DNA from: a bacterium
GTDB lineage: Bacteria > Patescibacteriota > Minisyncoccia > Sungbacterales > SURF-37
DNA: 64,000 nt
Direction: 5' to 3'
NCBI GenBank assembly: GCA_030648055.1
Contig: JAUSHI010000002.1
Location: 178 to 64,177, forward strand
Of this stretch, positions 18,796 through 27,670 are shown piece by piece. Positions within the stretch are counted from its first letter, which is position 1, and every line of letters starts with the position of its first letter. A program made the translations under genes and the position numbers. The notes under the pieces were generated by a model. It did not search any database and had not been told where the DNA came from. It was given only the letters and a program-made list of their open reading frames with translations.

Positions 18796-18857
18796 ATCCT
18801 TTTTGCGGCTAGCCGGACGTAAGGTCGGAAAGTCCGGTAAGCACTCCTATTTTAGTT

Positions 18858-19436
18858 TTACGGCGCACGTTTGTCTTTTGGTGCGTTTAGCAATTTTTTT
18901 AATGCGATTAAGGCTCTCCTGTGGTGGCTTTTAACCGTATTTAGCGGTTTGCCGAGTGTTTTTCCGATTTCGTCAAAAGTAAAGTGACTATTATAGTGCA
19001 GGCGCAGCACTTTGCGGTAAGCGGGCGGCAATTGGTTTATGGTGTTTTCCAAAAATGCCCTGTCTCCGGATTGTATAGACAGCTCGTCTGGCAACGGCAC
19101 GCTGTCGGTAAGACTTTCCAGAAGCGGATTCGCGCCTTCTTCATTTTCAAAGTCCGAGAACACCAAGCTTTGTTTTTTCCGCACGCGGTCAATTGCCGTG
19201 TTTTTGGCAATGCTGAAAAGCCATGTTCTGAAGCTTGTTTCGGGTTTATACCGTTTCAGATTTTTCCATATTTTTATGAATACTTCCTGAGTGACGTCTT
19301 CCGCATCGGTTTTAGACCGGACGTATTTATAACTAAAATTATAAATAATACGAAGATACCGCGCGATCAGTTCGCGCAAGGCCGCTTCTTCGCCGCCGAG
19401 ATACGCTTTTATCAGTTCTTCATCGTTCTTGTTCAT
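18858..19436 (-). CDS. ECF RNA polymerase sigma factor
   Basis: 'DAEDVTQEVFIKIW', 'FRTWLFSIAKN', 'EIGKTLGKPLNTVKS'. Confidence 0.95.
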   Translation of the reverse strand: MNKNDEELIKAYLGGEEAALRELIARYLRIIYNFSYKYVRSKTDAEDVTQEVFIKIWKNLKRYKPETSFRTWLFSIAKNTAIDRVRKKQSLVFSDFENEEGANPLLESLTDSVPLPDELSIQSGDRAFLENTINQLPPAYRKVLRLHYNSHFTFDEIGKTLGKPLNTVKSHHRRALIALKKLLNAPKDKRAP

Positions 19437-19545
19437 GATATGCCGTAATGATAGCGTATTTTTGTTAAAATTTCAATTCAGGATAAAAAAGCATGTCCAT
19501 TTTCATTTTTTGCCGGATAGTGTAGTATCAGATTTGCGTCTATGA

Positions 19546-19684
19546 ATCCCGTAGTGAAAGTTTGAATGGGTCGCCGCTGGCGACTAAAAATGAATCATTA
19601 TGGGGGTTAAATGGACTAAGTTTTATTGAATAAGAATTATTAACAGACGCAACTGTTCTATAATTCAAACTTCCACTACGGGAT
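19546..19684. mobile_element. 139-bp MITE-like element with 22-bp TIRs
   Basis: ATCCCGTAGTGAAAGTTTGAAT / ATTCAAACTTCCACTACGGGAT (one mismatch); ATGA at 19542 and 19683. Confidence 0.7.
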
Positions 19685-20318
19685 GACCATCGGACAAATT
19701 CTTCGCAGCGCGAGGGAAGAAATGGGTTTTTCGGAAAAAGAAGCGGCGGACGACCTGCAGATACCGCTTAAATTTATTATTTCTCTTGAGCGTGGCGAAT
19801 GGTCAAAATTGCCGGCAAGAGTATACGCAAGAGGTTTTTTAAAAAAATACGCCGATTATCTTGAACTTAAATCGGAGGAAATTGTCAAAGAGTTTGATAA
19901 AGAACTGGCGGATGTCGCGTCTTCAGAGGTTCTGGTCGGGATTCCGGAGCAGGAGAGTGGAGGGAGATGGCTTTTGTTTTTAAATCAGCAAAAAGTTGTT
20001 CTTATTATTTTTTGCGCGGCTATTATCTTTGCCGGCGCGTATTTTTTTTATGAGTTCCGTTTTGTTATCAGGCCTCCGGAACTCACAATTACTTCGCCTG
20101 CGAAAGACGAGGTCACGGCGGGGGATTCCTTCCCGATTTCCGGCGTTATTGAAAAAGAATCCACCCTGACTCTTAACGGCAGGACGGTCTATACGAATGC
20201 GGCGGGAGAATTTAGCGATTCGGCATTGCTTTCCAAGGGTTTGAATTCGCTTGAATTTGAAGTAAAAAATCGTTTCGGCAAGACAAATAAAGTGTTAAGG
20301 TATATATTGGTTAAGTAA
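19683..20318 (+). CDS. RodZ-like HTH membrane protein with a C-terminal Ig-like domain
   Basis: 'TIGQILRSARE...VYARGFLKKYADYL' followed by a TM helix. Confidence 0.85.
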   Translation: MTIGQILRSAREEMGFSEKEAADDLQIPLKFIISLERGEWSKLPARVYARGFLKKYADYLELKSEEIVKEFDKELADVASSEVLVGIPEQESGGRWLLFLNQQKVVLIIFCAAIIFAGAYFFYEFRFVIRPPELTITSPAKDEVTAGDSFPISGVIEKESTLTLNGRTVYTNAAGEFSDSALLSKGLNSLEFEVKNRFGKTNKVLRYILVK

Positions 20319-20331
20319 AGGTAAGGTATTT

Positions 20332-20494
20332 CATCCCCCGCCAATTTTGCGGGGCAGTACTGGGCGAAGCGCTTCGCCCATAAAGGGCCGCGCTATTTGC
20401 GCACGCGCTTCGCGAGAGTTATACATGGGCGCTCTCTCTAAACAATCAGCCAAATTTATTAAGGCAAAATTGGAGGGGGATGCTCATGATTGTA
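20332..20494. mobile_element. TIR-bounded hairpin element, family B (upstream of recA)
   Basis: CATCCCCCGCCAATTTTGC (20332-50) / GCAAAATTGGAGGGGGATG (20464-82), followed by CTCATGATTGTA. Confidence 0.65.
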
Positions 20495-20534
20495 ACTAAA
20501 TTTTATTCATTAATATTCTAAAATTTAGACAATC

Positions 20535-21566
20535 ATGGCAAAAGAAGAAAAACAATCAAAAAGCAAAATACTTGAAGATACCGTTAAAGCGATTCAGGAA
20601 AGGTTTGGCGAGGGCGCGATAATGAAGCTTGGGGACGTGCGAAAGGTTGATGTGGACGTTATACCTACCGGCTCGCTTGCGCTGGATTTAGCGCTTGGTG
20701 TCGGCGGTATTCCCAGGGGGCGGGTAATTGAGATTTTTGGCCCCGAGGCCTCCGGGAAAACCACGCTTGCTTTGAACATTATCGCCCAAGCGCAGAAAAA
20801 GGGGGGGCTTGCCGCGTTCATTGACGCGGAGCACGCCCTTGACCCCGACTATGCCAAGCGCATCGGAGTAAAAGTGAACGACCTTTTGATTTCCCAGCCG
20901 GATACCGGCGAGCAGGCCCTTGAAATCGTTGATTCGCTTGTCCGTTCCGCCTCGGTTGATGTCGTGGTTATTGATTCCGTTGCGGCACTTACCCCCAAGG
21001 CTGAGATAGAGGGTGATATGGGTCAGGTGCATATAGGTCTTCAGGCGCGCTTGATGTCTCACGCCTTGCGCAAGCTCACCGCGAGTGTTGCTAAAACAAA
21101 AACTACTGTTATTTTTATTAATCAGATACGCATGCAAATTGGCATAATGTTTGGGAATCCGGAAACTACTCCAGGAGGCAAGGCGCTTAAATTTTATTCT
21201 TCGGTGAGAATTGAAGTGAGAAGAGCCGCGCAGATAAAGAAAGGCGAGGAAGTTATAGGCAACCGGGTTAACGCAAAAGTAGTCAAAAACAAAGTTGCGG
21301 CACCTTTCAGGAGGGCTGAATTTGATATTTTCTTTAATGAAGGTATCTCTCCCGAAGCGGAGCTTCTGACTCTTGGCGAAAAATATGCCATTGTAAAAAA
21401 ATCCGGCGCCTCGTTTACGTATGGCAACGTGCGGCTTGGCATGGGTTTTGACAATGCGAGAGTATTTCTTAAAGAAAATCCTAAAGTAGCGGAAGAGATC
21501 ACGAAAAAGATAAAGAGCGCGGCCTCGGGCGGAGAAGTAAAAGAAGTTAAAGAAAAGGAGGCATAG
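20535..21566 (+). CDS. recA: Recombinase A
   Basis: GPEASGKTT, 'IDAEHALDP', '[17 protein letters not shown]'. Confidence 0.99.
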   Translation: MAKEEKQSKSKILEDTVKAIQERFGEGAIMKLGDVRKVDVDVIPTGSLALDLALGVGGIPRGRVIEIFGPEASGKTTLALNIIAQAQKKGGLAAFIDAEHALDPDYAKRIGVKVNDLLISQPDTGEQALEIVDSLVRSASVDVVVIDSVAALTPKAEIEGDMGQVHIGLQARLMSHALRKLTASVAKTKTTVIFINQIRMQIGIMFGNPETTPGGKALKFYSSVRIEVRRAAQIKKGEEVIGNRVNAKVVKNKVAAPFRRAEFDIFFNEGISPEAELLTLGEKYAIVKKSGASFTYGNVRLGMGFDNARVFLKENPKVAEEITKKIKSAASGGEVKEVKEKEA

Positions 21567-21603
21567 TTGTTTTCTTGTCTACGGTTTTAATTGGTTTAAA
21601 TTT

Positions 21604-23016
21604 ATGAAATTTGAAGGAGCACCACAACAGCCAACGCCAGAGGACGAACTGAAAGTTGCAAAAAAAGAAACCCCGAGCTTTATTCGTGACTTTTCCCGAG
21701 AAAATAGCGCAGATGAACGGAGAGAAATGGAAGAGAAAATTCGTGGGGAGCGGAAAAAGTATTTTGAAGGCAACAAGCAACTTGAGGAGTTAGGTCATCG
21801 AGCTGAAGAACTAAATAAGACCCTTGATACATATAATGACGCCTCGTTTTTAAGAAGGGTTAAAGACTATTTCAAACTGCGTTCTCTTAAGGCAGAACTT
21901 GGCGTAGTTACCAAGCAGGAAGAAACATTAGGAGAATCTCTCAAGAAGGATGAAGTAGATCGGTCGGCAAAAGTTGATATCCAAGGTTTTTACGAACAAG
22001 AGAGAAAGAAGTGGGAAGACGCTCCTTATTCAAAAGAAGATATTCAAAATAATTTTTCTGAAAAGAATCTAGCCTCTCTTTCAATGGAAGATTATGTCTC
22101 TCTTTTGCGCCGTTTCCCATCAGAGATGGTGACCCATGTAACTCGGCAGGGCATTCGTGATCATGCAAACCTCGTGTATCACCAGGCCGGAGTCAATTTG
22201 TTACATAATGGGTTTGCTCGAATGCTTGAGGACGGGAATCTAAAGTCGCCACTCGGAGTACATTTAGCCGAAGAGAATAAACTCCAAGCTGTGGGGAAAT
22301 TTCTTGAAGGAATACACACATTTTCCGGATATCGAAAGTTCGAGACGAAACAGGAAGCGGAAACTTATCTTGACCGATTGACTTCCCATCAGACTGTCGG
22401 CACTTATGCAGATATGTCGGCAATTCATTTTGCGGCTGAAGAAGTCGCGGATGGCTACTACGGCTCTGAGCGAGGCAATGAAGTATTTGTTGCTTTTCCG
22501 GCCGCATTTGTTGCTTCACAGTATTATTTCGGGGGTTCAGGGGAATTAGCAGAGAGACCGGACGATGCACAGCATAATGATAAATGGGTTTGGACATCGG
22601 AAGAGCGCGGTATCGATCTTGATGCGGGTATTGTGTTTATTCCGAAAAATGCTCGGGTTGATTCAAAAACCGGCTCTCGTTATCAAATTGACAGCCGGGG
22701 CAACCCGATAGTCAATGCAGAAAAAAATGGCTATAAAATATCAGAGACAACAATCAGTTCACAAGAATACTGGGAAGAATATTTAAAGCAACATCCCGAT
22801 CAGAGGCCTTCAAAGATTGTATACTATGAGGGAGATAATCCAACAAAAGCACTTAATCGCTGGAGGAAGGAGCAAGGCTTAACAAAGAAATCAAAAGAAG
22901 AGAATCTTGGTTTTAGCGAGCGGCATATCTCTCCAGATTCTGAAATTGCAACAAGCGGAATGGATCGGTTCAAGAGTTTAGCACTTGAAGCAATTGACAG
23001 AAATTTTCTCGGATAG
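21604..23016 (+). CDS. Hypothetical protein (N-terminal coiled-coil plus an unknown globular domain)
   Basis: 470-aa ORF with no confident family; 'THVTRQGIRDH', 'YYGSERGNE'. Confidence 0.75.
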   Translation: MKFEGAPQQPTPEDELKVAKKETPSFIRDFSRENSADERREMEEKIRGERKKYFEGNKQLEELGHRAEELNKTLDTYNDASFLRRVKDYFKLRSLKAELGVVTKQEETLGESLKKDEVDRSAKVDIQGFYEQERKKWEDAPYSKEDIQNNFSEKNLASLSMEDYVSLLRRFPSEMVTHVTRQGIRDHANLVYHQAGVNLLHNGFARMLEDGNLKSPLGVHLAEENKLQAVGKFLEGIHTFSGYRKFETKQEAETYLDRLTSHQTVGTYADMSAIHFAAEEVADGYYGSERGNEVFVAFPAAFVASQYYFGGSGELAERPDDAQHNDKWVWTSEERGIDLDAGIVFIPKNARVDSKTGSRYQIDSRGNPIVNAEKNGYKISETTISSQEYWEEYLKQHPDQRPSKIVYYEGDNPTKALNRWRKEQGLTKKSKEENLGFSERHISPDSEIATSGMDRFKSLALEAIDRNFLG

Positions 23017-23035
23017 ATATTTTTAGTTTAAATAT

Positions 23036-23272
23036 AAAAAAATCTCCCCGAAAAGGGATTTTTTGTTATCTGAGTGCGTAGGGCACGAGGCCTATATTAG
23101 TTTAATAAATCCTAAGTTCTACTATTTGGTACGCAAAGAGTTTAGCGTCGCAACATTGACCGATCGGTCAATGTTGCGACGGATGAAGAACGTAACGAGA
23201 AAATATAGTACAAAAAATCTCCCCAGTAAGGGGAGATTTTTTGTTATCTGAGTGCGTAGGGCACGAGGCCTA
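23036..23272. repeat. Direct duplication of the rpsR 3' end and terminator, enclosing a 36-bp palindrome
   Basis: 38 bp identical at 23057-23094 and 23235-23272; palindrome at 23146-23181. Confidence 0.85.
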
Positions 23273-23453
23273 AGTAACGGGCGCGCTTTATCGCGGTTGA
23301 GACCTTGCGCTGGTGTTTGGCGCAGACGCCGGAGCGGAAACTTCGTGCGATTTTCATCTGGCCCGACAAAAACGGCCGGAGCGATTCTGGGTTTTTGTAG
23401 TCAACGTATTTTTGGTTTTTAGTGCAGAAAACACACTGCTTTTTATCGTTCAT
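23244..23453 (-). CDS. rpsR: 30S ribosomal protein S18 (Zn-binding C+ form)
   Basis: 'CVFC...VDYKN...SGVCAKHQRKVSTAIKRARYLGLVPY'. Confidence 0.95.
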   Translation of the reverse strand: MNDKKQCVFCTKNQKYVDYKNPESLRPFLSGQMKIARSFRSGVCAKHQRKVSTAIKRARYLGLVPYALR

Positions 23454-23480
23454 AAGAGTCATGGTCGTATGTGGTGTCAC

Positions 23481-23930
23481 TTAAAAAGGTATTTCATCGG
23501 GTTTTAATTCTTCTTCGGCATCATTCGGAGGGTATTGAACGGTGGCGACTTCTTCCGGTTCCGGGGTCTGGGAACGCGCTTCTTCTCCTTCAGCACCTCC
23601 TCCTCGCTTCGGCCCCATTTGCATGGTTTCGGCGACAATTTCTGTCCAGAATTTTTTCTGTCCTTGCTGGTCTTGCCATGACCTTGTTTGGATTCTTCCC
23701 TCTATAAATACCAGCCCGCCTTTTTTGAGGTATTGGCCGCAAATCTCGCCAAGCCGCCCCCAGGCGACGATATTATGAAATTCAACTTGGGATTTTTGTT
23801 CTCCGGAAGGGCTTTTCCATACCCTATTGGTAGCAACACCAAAAGAGGCAACTGATTGTCCCGATGGAGTATGCCGGAGTTCAGGATCGCGCGTTACGTT
23901 GCCGAGAACAAAAGCTTTGTTGAAATTCAT
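23481..23930 (-). CDS. ssb: Single-stranded DNA-binding protein
   Basis: OB fold; C-terminal 'DEIPF'. Confidence 0.97.
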   Translation of the reverse strand: MNFNKAFVLGNVTRDPELRHTPSGQSVASFGVATNRVWKSPSGEQKSQVEFHNIVAWGRLGEICGQYLKKGGLVFIEGRIQTRSWQDQQGQKKFWTEIVAETMQMGPKRGGGAEGEEARSQTPEPEEVATVQYPPNDAEEELKPDEIPF

Positions 23931-23973
23931 AATTTATTTTTGAGCGTTAGCCGTTAAATTTATTAGCCCCCCT

Positions 23974-24411
23974 TTATTTTCCTAAAATTTCTTCCAGCCG
24001 TTTATTGAGTTCTTCCATGTTCACTTTTTCTTCGCCCGCGGTCGGGGTCTCATCTGGTTTTGCGAGAGCCACAGGGGCTTGCGGCCGTAAAATTCTTGTT
24101 CTGACCGGCTCCTCTTCCGCCTCAACTATAAGATAGCGCATGATTGCTTTTTCAAGTTTCAATTTTTTTTCAAAATCAGCCAGGGCTTCTGGTTTTACCG
24201 TAAAACGAGTCCAACCGAAATAAGCATCGCGGGATTTGTTGATGGGGTAGGCAAGCCGTATTTGTTTAGGCTCGGCAATGTGGTCAATAAGCCCATTAGC
24301 CGTGTCTTGGATAAAACCGGTTATTTTGCCGGCCTCGCCGAAAACTTCCTCCTCCTTTGTTTTTGGGGAAATGAGATAGGCAATTTCGTATTGTTTTCCT
24401 TCAATATCCAT
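23974..24411 (-). CDS. rpsF: 30S ribosomal protein S6
   Basis: 'YEIAYLISP...RLAYPINK...IMRYLIV'; rpsF-ssb-rpsR order. Confidence 0.92.
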   Translation of the reverse strand: MDIEGKQYEIAYLISPKTKEEEVFGEAGKITGFIQDTANGLIDHIAEPKQIRLAYPINKSRDAYFGWTRFTVKPEALADFEKKLKLEKAIMRYLIVEAEEEPVRTRILRPQAPVALAKPDETPTAGEEKVNMEELNKRLEEILGK

Positions 24412-24512
24412 ACTTCGGCAATGCTAACATATTTTATTTTCGGGCACAAGACAGATATACTCGCGCCCAAAAAGCAATTGCTGGTTATTATAGAAGCCAA
24501 GCGTAGGTCTTT

Positions 24513-25613
24513 TTAAATTCTGAATTCAACAACGTCTCCGTCCTCTACTATATACTCTTTGCCTTCAGTTTTTATCCATCCAAGTTCGCGGGCTTTCGCC
24601 ATTGAGCCCGCTTCAATAAGTTTTTGGTATGGAATTATTTCCGCACGGATGAATTTTTCTTCAAAATCCGAGTGGATGGCGCGCCCAGCTTTCGGCGCGG
24701 GCGAGCCTTTTTGTACAGTCCACGCTCTTGTCTCGTCTTCTCCGGTGGTTAGAAATGTCATTAAGTTGAGTGTTTTGTAACTCAAGCGTATAAGTTGATT
24801 GAGCCCCGATTCTTTAAGGCCGAGATCCAGCAAATATTCTTTTCTTTCTTCCGGTTCAAGCGAATTGAGCTCGTCTTCGGTTTTAGCCGAAATAAGAAGC
24901 TGTGGTTCTACGCCTATTTTTTGAAGTAGTTCGTCGTCGGGTTGCCAGTGTTCTTTGGCCTGTTTTTCGGAGCCGTTCAATATAAAAATGCGTGGTTTAG
25001 CGGTTAAAAGCGATAATTCATTTAGGAATATTTTTGATTCTTTTGTGGCAAGGTCAACACCGGTTTTTTTAAGAATTTCGGAGGCGCGCATTCCGTTTTC
25101 TAATCCCGTTTTTAATTCACCGAGAAGTTCTTTTTGCGTTATCGCGAATTTATTTCCAGCCCTCGCTTCTTTCTCAATTGAGGTAAGCCGCGAAGTCACT
25201 GTTTCAACGTCTTTGAAAATCAGTTCAAGCTCTATAATTTCAATATCGCGTACGGGGTTTATGGCGTTTTCCACATGTATTATTTCGCTGTCTTCAAACA
25301 CGCGGACGACTTCCGCGATCGCGTCTACTTCTTTAATATGCGAAAGGAATTTATTGCCGAGCCCTTCGCCTTCAGCCGCCCCCTTAACGAGTCCCGCAAT
25401 GTCAACAAATTCAACAACCGCGCTAATTTTTTTCTTTGAGCGGGAAAGTTCCGCGAGCTTATCCACCCGTTCGTCGGGAACCTCAACAATGCCGATATTC
25501 GGCTCGATGGTAACGAAAGGATAGTTATCAATATTTATTTGTTTTTTGGTGAGCGCCCTGAAGAGCGTGGATTTGCCCACATTCGGCAGGCCGACAATTC
25601 CAATTTTGAGCAT
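24513..25613 (-). CDS. ychF: Ribosome-binding ATPase YchF
   Basis: 'GIVGLPNVGKST', 'DIAGLVKGA', 'EGKEYIVEDGD'. Confidence 0.97.
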   Translation of the reverse strand: MLKIGIVGLPNVGKSTLFRALTKKQINIDNYPFVTIEPNIGIVEVPDERVDKLAELSRSKKKISAVVEFVDIAGLVKGAAEGEGLGNKFLSHIKEVDAIAEVVRVFEDSEIIHVENAINPVRDIEIIELELIFKDVETVTSRLTSIEKEARAGNKFAITQKELLGELKTGLENGMRASEILKKTGVDLATKESKIFLNELSLLTAKPRIFILNGSEKQAKEHWQPDDELLQKIGVEPQLLISAKTEDELNSLEPEERKEYLLDLGLKESGLNQLIRLSYKTLNLMTFLTTGEDETRAWTVQKGSPAPKAGRAIHSDFEEKFIRAEIIPYQKLIEAGSMAKARELGWIKTEGKEYIVEDGDVVEFRI

Positions 25614-25676
25614 ATGTAAATTCTAATAAAAAAGTCAGTGGCATTCCACTGACGGAGTTAGCAGGTGGGGAAGATT

Positions 25677-25961
25677 TTACCATGAACATCTGGCACCAAG
25701 GGACAATTGCTCTGTGATTTCAGTAACCAGCATTTTTACTCCATATCTAAATTCAAAACGGAAACCACAGCTTGAGCAAAAAAGTCCGGCGCGGTAAATT
25801 CCGCCATAGACCTTGTTACTGATGCGAAAATTCATCTTCGTGGGGTCCATATAACGTCCATACTCGGCTGGGTACTCCATGCAATGATGTATAGCCATCG
25901 GAATATTATCGCTTGGGAAGGCCACCTCAACCGTTCCGCTTCTGAAGTTAAATTTTTCCAT
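25677..25961 (-). CDS. Small hypothetical protein with a possible metal-binding motif
   Basis: GGAGG SD before the ATG at 25961; HHC and CSSC. Confidence 0.5.
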   Translation of the reverse strand: MEKFNFRSGTVEVAFPSDNIPMAIHHCMEYPAEYGRYMDPTKMNFRISNKVYGGIYRAGLFCSSCGFRFEFRYGVKMLVTEITEQLSLGARCSW

Positions 25962-26239
25962 TTTGTTCCCCCTCCATTTGTAAAGTGAAAGTGCCACATT
26001 TAGCTTATCATTATATTTGGTGTTGTCAAACCCATGTATGCATCCAGCCCTCTCAATTTATTATTTTTATCATTTCATTCAGTCAAAATTAACCGATAGG
26101 AATTTTTTGACTGAATAGGGCGCAAAGGGTGCAAGAAGAAAACGCGGTCAACATGAATGAGAAAAAGTGGCCAACATGAGAGAGGCGGCTGTCAAAGTCA
26201 GTATATATGTTGTCGGGCAAAGTGCGGTATAATATAAAT

Positions 26240-27604
26240 ATGTCAATCAATCCCGATATTTTTAAAGCATACGATATTCGCGGTGTCGTGCCGAAACAGC
26301 TTGACACGGAAGGCGCAAAAAAAATTGGCAATGCTATTGTGGTGTTTTTAGCCCGCAAATACAAAAAACAGGCGCTTACTATTGTGGTCGGCGCGGATGT
26401 TAGGGCTTCTTCACCCATGATTAAAAAAGCTCTTATTGAGGGCATTACTCTTCATGGCAGTTCGGTTATTGATATCGGCACCGTGACGACTCCGCTTTTT
26501 TATTTTCTGCTCCAGGAGCATGCCTCTGACGGTGGAGTTATGGTGACCGCCTCACACAATCCCCCCGAATATAACGGATTTAAAATACGTGGACGAAACA
26601 CTGTTGCTATTGCGGAAAATTCCGGGCTTAAGACGATTCAGAAATTAACTGGCAAAAAAGAACTTATCCGCGGAAAGAAATTAGGGAGCATTAGTGAGAA
26701 AAAAAACGGCGCGGATAAATATATCGCCTATCTTTTAAAAAAGGTGAAGCTTGGAAAAGCGCGGGTGGTGGTGGACGCATCGGGGGGTGCCGCAACTCTT
26801 ATTCTTCCAAAACTGCTTTCCCATTTTCCGGGAGTTTTATATAAGCCTCTTTTTTTTAAACCTGACGGAAGTTTTTCGCATCACGACCCGAATCCGGTGA
26901 AACCCGAGTCGCAGGAGTTTATAAAGGAAGAGCTCGCGTCGGGCAGTTTTGATTTTGGCGTAGTATTTGACGGTGATGGCGACCGCATAGTGTTTTTTGA
27001 CGAATTCGGGCGGGAAGTCCGCGGAGATTTTATTGTGGCACTTCTTGCCGGAGAGCTTTTAAAAGAACACCCTAAAAGTTTTGTGGTTATGAACGCGACC
27101 GCGTCAAAAGCAGTGGAAGAATATATAACTTCTCTTGGAGGGAAGTTTGTGCGGACAAAACAGGGGTATGTTTATATTTCATCTGTAATGCGGGAAAAGC
27201 GGGCTATTCTCGGCGGAGAAACTTCGCATCATTTTTATTTTCGCGATTTCGGGTGCAACGAATCAAGCATGTACGCGCTTCTTAAGATGCTTGAGATCAT
27301 GGCGCGAACACCCAAAAAGCTCTCGCATCTTGTCGGGCCGTTACAAAAATATGTTACAGCGCCTGAAACAAATTTTGAGGTTGGAGATAAAGCGAGGGTT
27401 ATTCGTGCGGTGCTTAAGTATTTTAAAAAAGATGGAAAGGTGTCCCGCCTTGACGGCATTACTATTAATTTTCCCGATTGGTGGTTTATTATCCGGCCGT
27501 CAAACACCGAGCCCTTAATTCGCCTGACTGTTGAGGCTAAAACCCAGGAACTTTTTGACGAGAAGCTAAAAGAACTTTCGGAATTTATAAAAAGAGCTTC
27601 GTAA
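26240..27604 (+). CDS. Phosphomannomutase/phosphoglucomutase
   Basis: 'IFKAYDIRG', 'TASHNP', 'FDGDGDR', 'RPSNTEP'. Confidence 0.95.
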   Translation: MSINPDIFKAYDIRGVVPKQLDTEGAKKIGNAIVVFLARKYKKQALTIVVGADVRASSPMIKKALIEGITLHGSSVIDIGTVTTPLFYFLLQEHASDGGVMVTASHNPPEYNGFKIRGRNTVAIAENSGLKTIQKLTGKKELIRGKKLGSISEKKNGADKYIAYLLKKVKLGKARVVVDASGGAATLILPKLLSHFPGVLYKPLFFKPDGSFSHHDPNPVKPESQEFIKEELASGSFDFGVVFDGDGDRIVFFDEFGREVRGDFIVALLAGELLKEHPKSFVVMNATASKAVEEYITSLGGKFVRTKQGYVYISSVMREKRAILGGETSHHFYFRDFGCNESSMYALLKMLEIMARTPKKLSHLVGPLQKYVTAPETNFEVGDKARVIRAVLKYFKKDGKVSRLDGITINFPDWWFIIRPSNTEPLIRLTVEAKTQELFDEKLKELSEFIKRAS

Positions 27605-27670
27605 ATTTTCTGGTGTTGTTTAATTTTTTACGCGGAGTTATTGTTTTAAATTTCAATTCGGGGCAATTAC

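Noticed and set aside
18827..18837. RNase P RNA motif GGAAAGTCCGG
   Set aside because: The gap is only about 100 bp and the other conserved rnpB regions are missing.
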